Positions 51,810 through 64,000 of a DNA stretch of 64,000 nucleotides are shown here, in pieces. How positions within the stretch are numbered: the stretch's first letter is position 1; each line of letters opens with the position of its first letter. The notes under the pieces were generated by a model. The model was not told the DNA's origin, did no database searches, and saw only the letters and a program-made list of their open reading frames with translations. A program made the translations under genes and the position numbers. This DNA comes from Lama guanicoe. Its lineage: Eukaryota. The stretch spans positions 5,665,957 to 5,729,956 of the forward strand of contig MU053881.1 in NCBI GenBank assembly GCA_013239625.1, given 5' to 3'.

Positions 51810-54800
51810 GTTAACTGTAAATACAATACTAAGAACTTTTTGTTTCCTGAAGTGTTTGAAAGTAAAGCTGACTGAATGCTTCGTCAGGTTCTAATGTTTC
51901 AATGTATATTCCTTACAAAGGAGGATGTTCTACATAATCGTAATATGAGAATCAAATTGGTAAATTAATATTTGATACTTTATTGCCGTCTGGCCCTCAG
52001 TCTGAGTTTCATCAAAGGTCCAATATGATCTCCTTTATAGCAAAGGTATCCAGTTCAGACTAATGAGCTGCCTTTAGTTGTCACACTTTAGTTTCTTTCA
52101 ATCTGGAGCAGTTTCTCAGTCTTTCCTGGACTTCTATGACCTTGGCACCTTTGAAGATTACAGATCAGTCATTTTGTAGTATGTCTGTTAATTTGGGTTT
52201 GTCTGTTTCCTTATGATTAGATTTAGTTTATGCATCTTTGGAAGGAATATCGCAAAAGTGATGCTGTGTTCTTATTGCATCCTATTAGGTAGTAATGTGG
52301 TTTTGCTTCGTCTCATTACTAATGGTGGTCATCTTGATTACTTGAATAAGGTGTTATCTAGGAGCTTTCTTCACTATAAAGTTATCCTTTTTCTCTTTGT
52401 GATTAAGTATTTTGTGGAGAGGTCCTTTAAACTGTATAAATGTCCTCTTTTCATTAGAATTTCAATGTATTTACTTATCAGTATATACTTGTAGTTTCCT
52501 ATTTTGTTCAATAGGTTATATAATGTTACTATAGTTATTTGTTTTGATGGTCAGATTGTTGAAAGTTTGGCCAGTGCCTGCCTTTTCAAACTGAGTTCTG
52601 TATCCTCTTGATCTGTCCTTGTAATTCTTTAAGCACTTCCTTACTTTTCTGCTGCAACAAAAGTTTTCCAGATTCATCTTGTATTTTCCCGTACTCGGCT
52701 CTGGAATCAGTCAATTCTCCAAGGAGACTTGGTTTCTTTTAGTGAAGAACAGTATTTAGATCTGAATGGTAGGTGTGCTTAGTACTGCTGGATGTCATTG
52801 CTTCCAGGCTCTGTCAGCCAACTGTGTTAGGTAAAGTATGTACAATTTGTCTCTTAAAAACAAACAAAAAACAAAAAACCAAGAAACTGCCTCCTTTTCC
52901 ATGTGTTAAAAACCATGAGTTCACAGTGATGTCTTCAATTCTAGTCCAGTCTTACAGATTTCATTCTAGTTTTCTAAGGTAGCCCTTTTCATATTTGTAA
53001 CTTCCTTCTCTGACAGTGACAAGCCTGGCTTCTGTTTTCCACAATACATTTACTCTCTTGCTCAGTTCTAGATTAAGTAGTTTTAGAATTGCTTACCAAG
53101 GTCGTAAAAAATGAATGTGCTAACCATGCTGAATACTTCTTTACAATTAACTTTTGTTTTTGGCTATGTAGTCTAACTACTGAGTTCCAGGGTTGCTTGG
53201 GATAGTTTTATCCTCACTATTAAATATAATTATGTTAATCATTTGAAATATATTTAGGTTCACTTATTTCTGCTGATATTCTATCTCTCTCTCCCCTAAT
53301 CCTTGTTGATTTTTATATAAAGCATTTAATGTAATTCTAGGAGTCAAAGCAACACAAAAAGGTGGAGTCGTTCTTTTTGTCCTATTTCCATTCTCCCATT
53401 CTTACCATCCTCTTTCCACTGGGTAGCCAATTTCATTACTTTCTGGTTTATCCTTTATGTACCAAGGAACAGGTACACTTGTATATTTTTATATTTCTGC
53501 TTATTTTGTGCACAAAAGGTAGTATATAGGTGGATACTCTTTTGCACTTTGCTTTTTTCACCTAAAAATGTATCCTGGCAATTACTCTATCTGCCCATAG
53601 AGACCTTCCTTATTCTTGCTGAAGGCTGCATTGTACTCTGTTGTGTTGAGACACTATAGTATATTTGGCCAGAAACTTATGTATGAGCATGTAGGTATTC
53701 CCCCCCCCACCTTTTTTATTTTGAAATTACAAACAGTGCTCCAGTAAATAACCTTGTGCATATGTATTTTCATATTATTATTTAATTATAGTGTATCTTC
53801 AGGGAAAATTCCTGGAAACGGGGTTGTTGGATCAAAAGGTAAATGGAGGATCAAAGGTAATGATGAATTGAAACGTAAAGCTGCTTGTGTAGTTTTGTTA
53901 CATATTGCCAGATTCTCTTACAAAAGGGTTGTGCACATTTGCTTTCCCACCAGAAATATTTGAGAGTGCCTGCTTCCTCACTGCTTTACTCATAGAATGT
54001 GTTGTCACACTTGTGAATATTTGCCAGTGTTAGGTGAGAAATGTATAGCTTTAATTTGCATCTCTTTAATTACGAATAAATATGAACATCTTTTTTTTTT
54101 AATTTAAGGGTCATTTTTATATCTTTTAAGAAGTCTGTTCATGTCCTTTCCTCGTTTTCCTACTGGGATTTTGGTAATCTTTATCCCCCTCAATTTAAAA
54201 GAAATTTTTAGGTACGTAAGTCCTTTTATCTGTGACTTACATTGTAAATAATTTTTCCATTGTTTCATTTTCGTTTTGATTTTGTTTATGGTGTTTTTAA
54301 AAATATTGCTGTGTAAGAGTTTGAAAATTTTTATCTAGCCGCATTTTCCTGTCTTTTATTGCATCTGGTTTTGACTCAGAGTTAAATAATCTTTCCTTAC
54401 ATCCAGGTTTTAAAGAAATTCATGTGTATCTTCTTCCAATACTTATGATTTTACTCTTTAAATTTCTGATCTATTTGGAGTCTGTTCATGTGTATTCTGC
54501 TAAGTGTGGATCTAATTTTATCTTTTCTAAATGGCTCGCCGGTTGTCCTAGCACTTCTTAAAAAGTTCCTCAGTAATTTGAGGTGTCATTTTTATCATGT
54601 ACTAAATTTCCATATGTACCTGAATCTATTTCTAGATGTTCAATTCCATTAGGCCAGGATGTGGCAAACTATGGCCCTCTGGCCAAACCCAGTCCTGTTT
54701 TAGTAAATAACGTTGTGTTGGAACATAAAGCCACACTCATTTATTTACTTATCATTTGTAGCAGTGTTTGTGCTACAGCAGAAGAGCTGAGTAGTCGTGA

Positions 54801-55140
54801 CAGAAACTGAGGCTTGCAAATCTTAAAATATTTACCATCTCACCCTTCACAGAAGCTTGCCGACCCCTACATTGGAGTTATTATGTATTCATATGTGGTA
54901 AAAGCACCTTGTTTTTAACTCGAGAGGCTTATGGTATGTTTAAATGTCTGGTGGGACTAATCCTCCCATATAACTTTTCTTTTCCCATGTTTTTTTCTGA
55001 GTATTCTTACAAGTTTTTCCATATGAAAGTAAAAACTTGTCTGACTCCACAAGAAGCTTTTTCTGTGATATTGGAGTGTTCTTAAATTATAAATTAGGGT
55101 GAACTGTCATCTTTATCACGTTAAGTTGTCTTATCCAAGA
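51810..55140 (-). mobile_element. Old L1 (L1MC-type) 3' UTR and distal ORF2
   Basis: 'tgcctttagttgtcac...tcaatctggagcagtttctcag', 'ggaatcagtcaattctccaaggagacttggtt', 'ttgccagattct...tttcccaccag', all antisense. Confidence 0.75.
54655..54869 (+). mobile_element. MER58A hAT-Charlie MITE inserted in L1
   Basis: CAGG...GGCAAACTATGGCC start, 'gagctgagtagtcgtgacaga', end 'TTGCCGACCCCT'; decayed TSD cattaggc/cattggag. Confidence 0.85.
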
Positions 55141-56094
55141 ACTAGTTATGAAGAAAACAACAGAGAAACTTATCAAAGAACTAATCCACAAAAATGCATC
55201 AGACCAATGAGGTTTCACAGGAGAATTCCACTGAATCTTCTGAATCTTCAAAGAGCATATAGACCGAAGCTTTGTAAATTGTTTCATAGCATTGATTTTT
55301 GAAGGAAAACTTTTAAGTTCTTTTTTGGGGGAATTGTTTCTAGTTTTATATTCTTTGGTCAGAGACTTTTATGGAACTTATTTCTTTGTGATCTAATGTA
55401 TGATCAGTTTTCATAAATTTTTCACATATGCTTAAAAAGCAGATTTAGTCTGTTAGCAGGGTATAAAGTTTCATATCTCTAATATCTGCTCTATTTTCTT
55501 GATTATGTTTGTTTTTCTAAACTTTATTTTTTGGTGCTCTGAATCTGCCTTGTATCGGGAGTGTATACTGTGTGTTGGTGTATTTTTAATCCATGTCTCT
55601 GCATGTTGTTTTCTTTCTTTTCATGATGTTTATTTTCTTTGCTCTTTTATTTTTGAAATTTCTATTTAAACTTAGGAGGATATATATTTTTGTTCTATTG
55701 ATTACCCTTTACTTATAATTTTTTAAATGCTTTTATTTCATTTAATATTTTATTAACAAGTTTATTAGTTTTTAACAGTATTCTTTAACTTCCACCTGTT
55801 GCCTGTACAACAGTCAGTATTTGCTTTTCTTTCCTCTTTCACGATCCCTTCTCCTTCCAATATTTAGCAGTTTGAGGTTAAGTTTACCAGATTCCTGGTT
55901 AAAGAACATCCTTTGTCAGTGTAACAAAACATAATTTCGTTACTGAGCAGCTTGTTTTGGGGTGGGGAGCAGGAGATTGTTGGTGAGGGGGAAGGACTTT
56001 GCATCCTTAGAATGTTTAAAAAATTCTTTAATCTTGCAGCATCTTAAAAATCTCTCCTCTGCCATTTCTTTTTTCCTTAATTGCATGGTTTCCT

Positions 56095-58075
56095 TTTTTT
56101 AAATTAATAAACTTGGTTTTTTTAGAGCAATTTTTGACTCATAGCCTGAGTTTTGACAAATGTATAATGACGTGTACCTACCATTATAGTATCATACAGA
56201 ATAGTTTTACTGCCCTGAAAATCCTGTTGATCTCCCTATTCATTCCTTTCTCCTCCTAACCCCTGGCAACCACTGTTACTTTCAGTCTCCATGGTTTTAC
56301 CTTTTTCAGAATGTTATATAGTGAGAATCATATAGTATGTAGCTGTTTCACACTGGGTTCTTTCACTTAATATACATTTAAACTTCCTTCGTATCTTTTT
56401 ATGGTTTGATAGCTCTTTTCTACTTAGTGCCAAATAGTATTTCATTGTCTAGCTGTTTCACAGTTTATCCACTTACCTACTGAAGGACATCTTGGTTGCT
56501 TCCAAGTTTTGGCAGTTATCAATAGAGCTGCTATAAACATCAGTGAACAGATTTTTGTGTGGAGTTTTCAGTTTATTTGGGTAAATACTAAAGAGTGTGA
56601 TTACTAGATTGATAAGAATATGTTTAGTTTTGTAAGAAGCTGCTGAACTTCCAAAATTCCAAAGTTGCTCCACATCCTCACCGGCATTGGTGTTGTCCAT
56701 GTTTTGGATTTGGGTCATTCTGATAGGTGTGTAGTGGTATCTCATTGTTTTAATTTGACATATGACATACGATATTGAATATCTTTTCATATGCTTACTG
56801 CCATTTGTATATCTTCTTTGATGAGGTGTATAGTCATGTCTTTTGCCCATTTAAAAAATTCGGTTATTTTCTTATTAAGTCTTTAAGAGGTTTTTGTTTT
56901 GTTTTGTTTTGTTTTTGTTTGTTTGTTTTGGTGTATTTTGGCTATAGTCCTTTATCAGATTTGTCTTTTGCAAATGTTTTCTCCAAGTCCGTGGCTTGTC
57001 TTTTCATTCTCTTGGCAATGTCTTTCACAGAGCAGAAGTTTTTAATTTTAATGAAATCCATGGATTTCTTTCATGGATTTTACCTTTGGTGCTGTATCTA
57101 AAAAGTCGTCACCATCCCTGTGGTCATCTAGATTTTCTTCTATGTTATTCCAGTACCATTTGTTGAAAAGATTATCTTTGCTCCATTGTATTGCCTTTGC
57201 TCCTTTGTCAAAGATCGGCTGACTTTACTTGTATGGATCTGTTTCTGGGTTCTCTTTTCTGTTTCATTCATCTATTTGTCTATTCTTTCAGCAATATCAT
57301 GCACTGTCTTGATTAGTGCAGCTTTACAGTAATTCTTGAAATTGGGAAATGTCAATTCTTTGACTTTCTTCTACTCCTTTAATATTATGTTGGCTGTTTC
57401 AGATTTTTCACCTCTTCGTATAAACTTGAGAATTACTTTGTTGATATCCATAAAATAACTTGCTGGGATTTTGATTGGGATTGCATTGAATCTTTAGATC
57501 AAGTTGGGAAGAACTGACATGTTGACAGTAATGTGTCTCACCGTCCATGAACATGGAATATCTCTGTTTATTTCGTTCTTTGATATCTTTCACTAGAGTT
57601 TTGTAATTTTCCTCATATAAATCTTGTACTTATTTTGTTAGCTTTATACCCAAACATTTTATTTGAGGGGGGTCCTAATGAAAATGGTAATGTGTTCTTA
57701 ATTTTAAATTCCACGTATTCATTGCTGGAAATATGAATGTGATTGACTTTTTGTATTAACTTTGTATCCTACAATCTTGCTATATTGCTTATTCGTTCCA
57801 GGAGTTTTTGGTCAGTTTTTTCATTCTTTCTACATGGATGATCATGTCGTCTCTGAACAAAGTTGTATTTCTTCCCTCCCAATATGTATACTCTTTATTT
57901 CCTTTTTGTGTCATATTGCATTGGCTAGGACTTCTGCTACAGTGTTGAAAAACAATGATGAGAGGGGATATCCTTGCACTATTCCTAATCTTAGCATGAA
58001 AACTTAGTTATTTTTTACCATTAGGTTGATAGTAGCTGTAGAATTTTTGGAGATGTTATTTGTCAAGTTGAAACA
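56095..58075 (-). mobile_element. L1 (L1MB/L1MC-type) 3' UTR and ORF2 C-terminal part
   Basis: Minus ORF 56473-56850 contains KHMKRYS...QIKTMRYHYTPIRM, an L1 ORF2 C-terminal motif; further ORF2-like sequence runs to ~58075. Confidence 0.88.
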
Positions 58076-58479
58076 CTTCCTCCATTTGCCTTTCCTTTTT
58101 ACTCTCTTTCCTTAAAGAGTGGCACCTGGAAGACTGTTTCTTTGCACCTCGAATCCTCTTTTAAGTCCCTTATTTGTAGTCAATTCTGATCTATCAGAAC
58201 TCTCTCAGTATTTTCACACTCGGTTTGATTTTATGTCAGTCTTCATTCTGCTGCGTGTTTCCTTCCTTTCTTCTTTTACACGGTTATCCTGGACTACTCT
58301 TGTTCTTCATGAAGGCTTATGGCAGGAGCATATGCACATTCTAGGATCTAAAGATTTATTTTCTTACTTATGTTCTGTTCCTTCTTCCTGCTGAAGGCTT
58401 GAGTTTGGTGTAACTTCATTTGTTCCTTTTATTGTTTGTATCCTGTGACTTTGCTGACATCACGTATTAGTTCTACTTG

Positions 58480-61143
58480 CTTTTGGTACACTTCCTAGGA
58501 TTTCCTTTGTAAATAATCATGCTATCTGGATTCTTTCTGATATTTATGCTTTTTATCCCCCCCCCATTGCACTAACTGTGATGAGTGAAATTTGTAATGA
58601 ATAGAAGTGTGACAGTGGACAGTCTACTTTTCTTGAGTACAGTGAAAAGTGTTTCATCTTTGACTATCAAGTATCATGTTAGTTACAGGTTTTTTAAAAT
58701 CACATTGAGGAAGTTACCTGAGAGTTTTTAATCATGAGTGAGTTTTGAATTTTGTTATATGCCCTAAATGCATCTATTAAAATTGTCATATAACTTGTCT
58801 TTTTATTCTTTTAATGTGGTGTATTGCATTAATTTTTTTTAATGTTCAGCCAATATTTAATTCTGGGAAAGCCCCAGTTGATCATGATGTATTAACCTTT
58901 TAATGTAATTTTGTATTTGATTTGCTGATATTTTATTGAGGATATTTGTATCTTTGTACCTGCAGGTAGTTGGTCAATACTTTTGTTTTTTTGATAATGT
59001 CTTTTCTCAGGTTTTAGCATTAGGATTGTCCTATAAAAATGAATTATGCTCTTTATTTCTAAAAAAAGTTCGGGAAAGATTGTTGTTACTTCTTCCTTAA
59101 ATGTTTAACGGTATTTATCAATGAAGCCATTTGGACCTTGAGTTTGCTTTGTGGAAAAGTTTTTGTTTTTGTGTAGCAATTTAAAGACTATTTTGAAGTT
59201 AACTTTTTTGATGTGTACTTATAAAATTCACCAGTTTTAAGTTTCTGGTTCATTTAGGTTTGACAGATGAATGTAGTATAATATTCACAACAGTCATATA
59301 TTGGTCTGTTTTTTTCTTGTGATATCCTTGATAGATTTTTGTTATCAAGGTAATGCTGACTTCAGAATACGAGTTGAGGATGTTCCTTTTTCATCTGCTT
59401 TATGGAAGAGTTTATATAGAATTGATACTATTTCTTCCTTAAATAGTAAATAAAATTCACCAGTGACGTCAGCGTCTTTAATAGACATAGGACTACTGGG
59501 GTTATCCATTTCTTTTTGTCTGAGTATTCTTGTGTCTTTTAAGGAATTTGTCCCTTTCATCTGAATTTTGGAATGTATTAGTATAAATTTGTAATACTCC
59601 CTTATTTTCCTTTATTGTTTGTAGGATCTGATTCATGTTACCACTTTTATTTTTGAGATGGAAATTTGTCTCTTATGTAATTTTTTTCCTTATCATTCCA
59701 GCTAAAAGTTTGTCAATTTTGTTGATTCAAACACATGACTTCTGGTTTCATTAATTTTTTTAAATTGTTTTTCTGTTTTCTGTTGTATTAATTTTGGATC
59801 TCATCTTTATTACTTACTTCCTCCTGCTTATTTGTGGTTTAATTTGCTAATTTTCTAGGTTTTTATGGTGGAAGTTTAGATTACTGCTTTAAAGACCACT
59901 TTCTTTTCTAATACATGCATTTGATACTTTTTCTCGCTAAGCAGCACTTTAGTTATGTCCCACAATACTTAGTATGTTGAGTTTTCACTTTTATTTAGTT
60001 CACAATATTTTCTAATTTCTCTGGTGATTTCTTTTTTGAGCCATGTGTTGTTCAGTGATGCATTGTTTAATTTCCAAACATTTAAGGATTTTCTATTAGA
60101 TTAATTTTAGATTAATTCTTTGTCATTCCAGAGCATATTTTGTATGATTTCAGTCCTTTTAAATTTATTGAAACCTGTTTTATGGCCCAGAATAGCATTT
60201 ATCTTGGTGAATGTTTGGTCTATACTTGGAATGTTTGGTCTGTTCTGTTGGGTAGAGTGTTCTATAAATATCAGTTAGGTTAAGTTGGCTGACAGTGTTA
60301 TTCACGACCTCCATATCTTTACTTTTTTTCTGTCTACTTGTTCTATACATAACTAAGTGAGGAGTGTTGAAGTGTCCAAATATAAATTTAGATTTGCCTG
60401 TTTCTCCTTTGAATGTGTTATTGTTTTTTTCCCCACATATATTTTAAAGCTCTGTTAGCCAAGAGCATATCCATTAGGATTGTTACATCCTTTTGATAAA
60501 TTGATCATTATGAAAATTTCCCACTTTATCCTTAGTTACATTCTTTGTTCTAAAATCGACTTTGTCCAATATTAATATAGCCATTCTAGATGTGGTTTGA
60601 TTAGTCATTGGATGTTATGTATCTTTTCCCGTCCTTTTACATTTAATCAGTGTGCTTGTGTATTTAAATTGGGTTACTTGTAGATAGCATATAGTTAACC
60701 AATTTCACAATCTCTGTCTTTTAATCGGGGTATTTTGACCACTTATATTTAACTAATTATTAAGATTTTTGGTTTTAAACCTACCGTCTTGTTATTTGCT
60801 TTCTGTGTCCCATCTGCACTTTATTTCCTTCTTCTGCCACCTTTTGGATTAATACAGTTTTTGAGTGATTCCATTATCATCTTTACTGTTGGCTTATTAG
60901 CTAACCTCATTTGCTTACTTTTTTTTTCTCGTGGTTGTTGTAGGGTTTATAATTCATGCCCTTAACTTGTCACAGCCTGTTTTAAAATGGTAAGATACTG
61001 TTTCACGTATGTGGAAGAAAGACCTTACCTCAATTTACTTCAACTTCCTTCCTTTCATCTTTGGTGCTGTTGTCTGACATTTTATTTCTACAAAGGCTAT
61101 AAACTCCATGATATATTGTTATTATTTTTACTTTACGGAGTCA
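58480..61143 (-). mobile_element. Old L1 ORF2 (RT to endonuclease) and inter-ORF region, resuming at ~63338-63515
   Basis: Minus ORF 59345-59560 has TGEFYLLFKEEIVSILYKLF (L1 ORF2); endonuclease-region motifs 'ttttatggcccagaat' and 'cgactttgtccaatattaatatagcc'. Confidence 0.85.
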
Positions 61144-61242
61144 TGTGTATACGTGTAAATGTGTAACTTCAGAAGCTGTTTGTTGTTTTTTAAAAAATGT
61201 TGTAGGTCATTTATACTTAAAAACAACCAACCAAACAAATTT

Positions 61243-61610
61243 ATGGAAAATGTGATCAAGTTTGTGGTTACCAGAGGCAAGGGGTAGGGAGAGGGGGAAT
61301 TAGATTAAGGTAGTCAAAAGGTACAGACTTCCAGTTATTAGATAAATAAGTACTAAGAGTGTAATTACAACATAATTAATATAATTAACACTGCTGTATA
61401 TTATACATGAAAGTTGTTGAGAGTAGATCAGAGGAGGTCTCATCACAAGGAAAAAATATTTTTTATTTTGTGCCTACGTGAGATGATGGATGTTCATTAA
61501 ACTTTCTGTAATCATTTCATGATGTATATAGGTCAAATCATGATGCTGTGCACCTTAAACTTACGCGGTGCCATATGTCAATTATAGCTCAATAAAACTG
61601 GAAGAAAAAT
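61243..61610 (+). mobile_element. L1MA9-like 3' end, sense orientation
   Basis: 'gtggttaccagaggc...ggtagtcaaaaggtacagacttccagtta...tctcatcacaagg...caccttaaacttac...caattatagctcaataaaactggaa'. Confidence 0.85.
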
Positions 61611-61644
61611 ATAGGTAAAAACATTTTCAGTGAGCAATTTAAAA

Positions 61645-63335
61645 GACTTTTTAAGAATTGTGGTAAAGTACACAGAGCATAAAATTTACTGTATTAACTA
61701 TTTTTAAATATTCAGTTCAATAATATTATACATTATTTTGAAACCAGTCTTGAGAACCTTTTCCTGTCCATGAGACAACTTCTCATTTCTGAGGGAGCAA
61801 TAACCATTTTACTTTCTGTTTCTATGAATTTGATTACTCAAGATACTTCACAGAAGTAGAATCAGTTTTGTCTCTTTATGGCTGACTTATTTCAGTTAGT
61901 GTAATGTCCTTAAGGTTCATCCTTGTTATCACCTGTATAAGAATTTCCTTTCTTTTTAAGACTAAACAATATTCCATTGCATGTTTATACCATATTTTGT
62001 TTAGCATGTCATTCTTCATTGGACATTTGGGTGGTTTCCACCCTTTGCCTCTTGTGAATAATGCTGCCATATAAACATAAATATATTAATACTTTTTTGA
62101 GACCCTTCTTTTAATTCTTTTGGACATATACCCAGAAGTGGTCTTGCTGGATCATATGGTGATTCTATTTTTAGTTTTTTGAGGAGCCACTATTCTTTTT
62201 TCCGTAACAGCTAGAATATTTACATTCCCATCAGCAAAGTACAAGGGTTCCAGCTTCTTTCCTTCCTTATCAATGCTTGTTATTTTCTCTTGTTTAAATA
62301 GTAGTCCTTCTGATAGGTGTGAGGTGATATCTAATAGTGGTTTTGATTTGCATTTCCCTAATGATGGAACATCTTTTCGTAAACTTTTTGTCCATTAGTA
62401 TATCTTCTTGGAGAAGTGTCTCTTTAAGTCCTTTGTCCATTTTGAATCCGTTTGTTTGTTTATTTGTTTTTGCTGTTTAGTTGTAGGGTTTCTTTATATG
62501 CTTTGGATTTAAGATCAACCTTGATAGATCAACCTTACTGACATACCTTATCAGATGTATAATTTGTAAATATTTTTTTCCCACTTTGTAGGTTGCCTTT
62601 TCACTCTGTTGATTGTGTTCTTTGATGTACAGAAGTTTTAAATTTTGGTGTAGTCTGATTTATATGTTTTTACTTTTGTTGCCTGTCCTTTGGTATCACA
62701 TCTAAGAAATCACTGCCAAATCCAATGTCATGAAGCTTTTTCTTTATTTTTTCTTTTAAGAGGTTTATAGTTTCAGCTTTTATGTTTGGATCTTTGATCC
62801 ATTTTGTGTTAATTTTTACATATGTTGTCAGGTAAAGTCCAGCTTCATTCCTTTGCGTGTGGATATCTAGTTTTTCCAACACTATTTGTTGAGAAAAATT
62901 CCCATTCCCCATAGAATGATCTTGGTACCTTTGTGAAAAATCATTTGACCGTGTGTGTGAGGATTTATTTCTGGGCTGTCTATTCCAGATGGTCTGTATA
63001 CCTGCCTTTATACCAGTACCACACTGTTTCTATTACTATAGCTTTGTGTCATAAGTTTTGAAATCAGGAAACGTGAGACCTCCAGTGTTGTTGTTTTTCA
63101 AGATTATTTTGGCTATTCAGGGTCCTTTGAGATTCCATATGAATTTTAGAATGGGCTTTTCTGTATCTGCAAAAAACCTATTGGAATTTTGATAAGGATT
63201 ACATTGAATCTGTAGATTGCTTTGGGTAGTGTTGACATCTTAACAACATTAAGTCTTGTAATTCGTGGCCACAAGATTGTCTCTCCATTTATTTGTGATT
63301 TGTTTAATCTCATTCAGCACCATTTTGAATTTTGC
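61645..63335 (-). mobile_element. L1MB-type 3' UTR and ORF2 C-terminal part
   Basis: Minus ORFs 61876-62070 (AALFT...KPPKCP...IWY) and 62670-62912 (YLTTYVKINTKWIKDPNIKAETINLL) are L1 ORF2 C-terminal fragments. Confidence 0.9.
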
Positions 63336-64000
63336 AAGGAGTCAGTCATATTTTAAAGAAGTTAAAAAATGAGAAAAATTATTTTATATGTACTGCTATT
63401 CTTACCATTTTTCTTTTCATTTATCTCTGCATTCCTTCATTAGACTCAAGTTTTCTTCTGGTTTCATTTTCCTTCCATCTGAAGATCTTTAACATTTCTT
63501 GTGGTAGAGGTCTGAGATAGGTGAGTAGAGTCCTGGAAGCCAAGTGAGTGAGGTTTATAAAGGAGGAGATGTTCAACCTTATTGATAGATCCAGAAATGT
63601 AAACAGTGAGAATTGACTATTACACTTAACTTGTAATTTGAAGTCTGTTCTGATGAAAAGAAATGATTAGGCAAAGGAAAGGAAATTCAGTTCAGACACC
63701 TGTTTGTTAAATGCACATTCTCATGGATGCAGGATTTCTAAAAATTTGATCAGAAGAGGTAATTATGCAAAGTAGACATGAAGGTTAATTGCAGTGTTGT
63801 ATATATCAGTAAAAAGTTTAATGTTCTTTACTTACCTGTAGTGAGTAAATAAATGGGATGAAGCAAACCATTGGCATTTTAAATGAAAGTGAAGGTCTAC
63901 AGTGACATGGAAAGATGTCCGTGACACACATGACAAGCAGTTCTCCTGGAGAGCACACTTCAGTAGGCTTCTTTTATGTATCTGTAGCTTTCAACCTGTG

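Noticed and set aside
56473..62912. ORFs with L1 ORF2-like peptides
   Set aside because: Short fragments of decayed L1 copies with stops and frameshifts, not genes or active elements.
41184..64000. Next FBXW11 exons (NTSVMEDQ... and ISNGTSS...)
   Set aside because: Not found by eye; they presumably lie beyond the window end.
1..64000. CRISPR arrays, operons or other prokaryotic systems
   Set aside because: No regularly spaced repeat-spacer structure or dense coding; the sequence is clearly mammalian with spliceosomal introns and eutherian repeats.

Overview
Mammalian genomic DNA, very likely camelid (alpaca/llama/camel), judged from a vic-1-type tRNA-derived SINE and the absence of any Alu, BovB, Bov-tA, PRE1 or Can-SINE that I could recognise. 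The window holds the 5' end of FBXW11 (beta-TrCP2) on the + strand: a CpG-island promoter with a ZNF143/ETS/NRF1/CCAAT/GC-box cluster, coding exon 1 (6046-6090, MEPDSVIEDKTIELM), a 35 kb intron 1, cassette exon 2 (41082-41183, [10 protein letters not shown]...VRCLQ) and about 23 kb of the next intron. Most of the rest is decayed L1, L2, MIR, LTR and DNA-transposon sequence, and nearly all ORF-track entries are spurious or L1 fragments. I see no prokaryotic-type system. The best leads are all hypotheses from sequence alone: (1) a GC-rich intronic island with a 40-codon ATG-to-donor frame (32610-32729) that would splice in frame into FBXW11 as an alternative first exon, containing a (GGGGCCC)4 repeat and an E2-box cluster; (2) two candidate poison exons in intron 1; (3) a consensus antisense splice donor suggesting a divergent lncRNA; (4) a pre-miRNA-sized intronic hairpin; (5) a pogo/Tc2-type DDE transposase fossil that the ORF track misses. 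Repeat family names are from recall and repeat boundaries are approximate.
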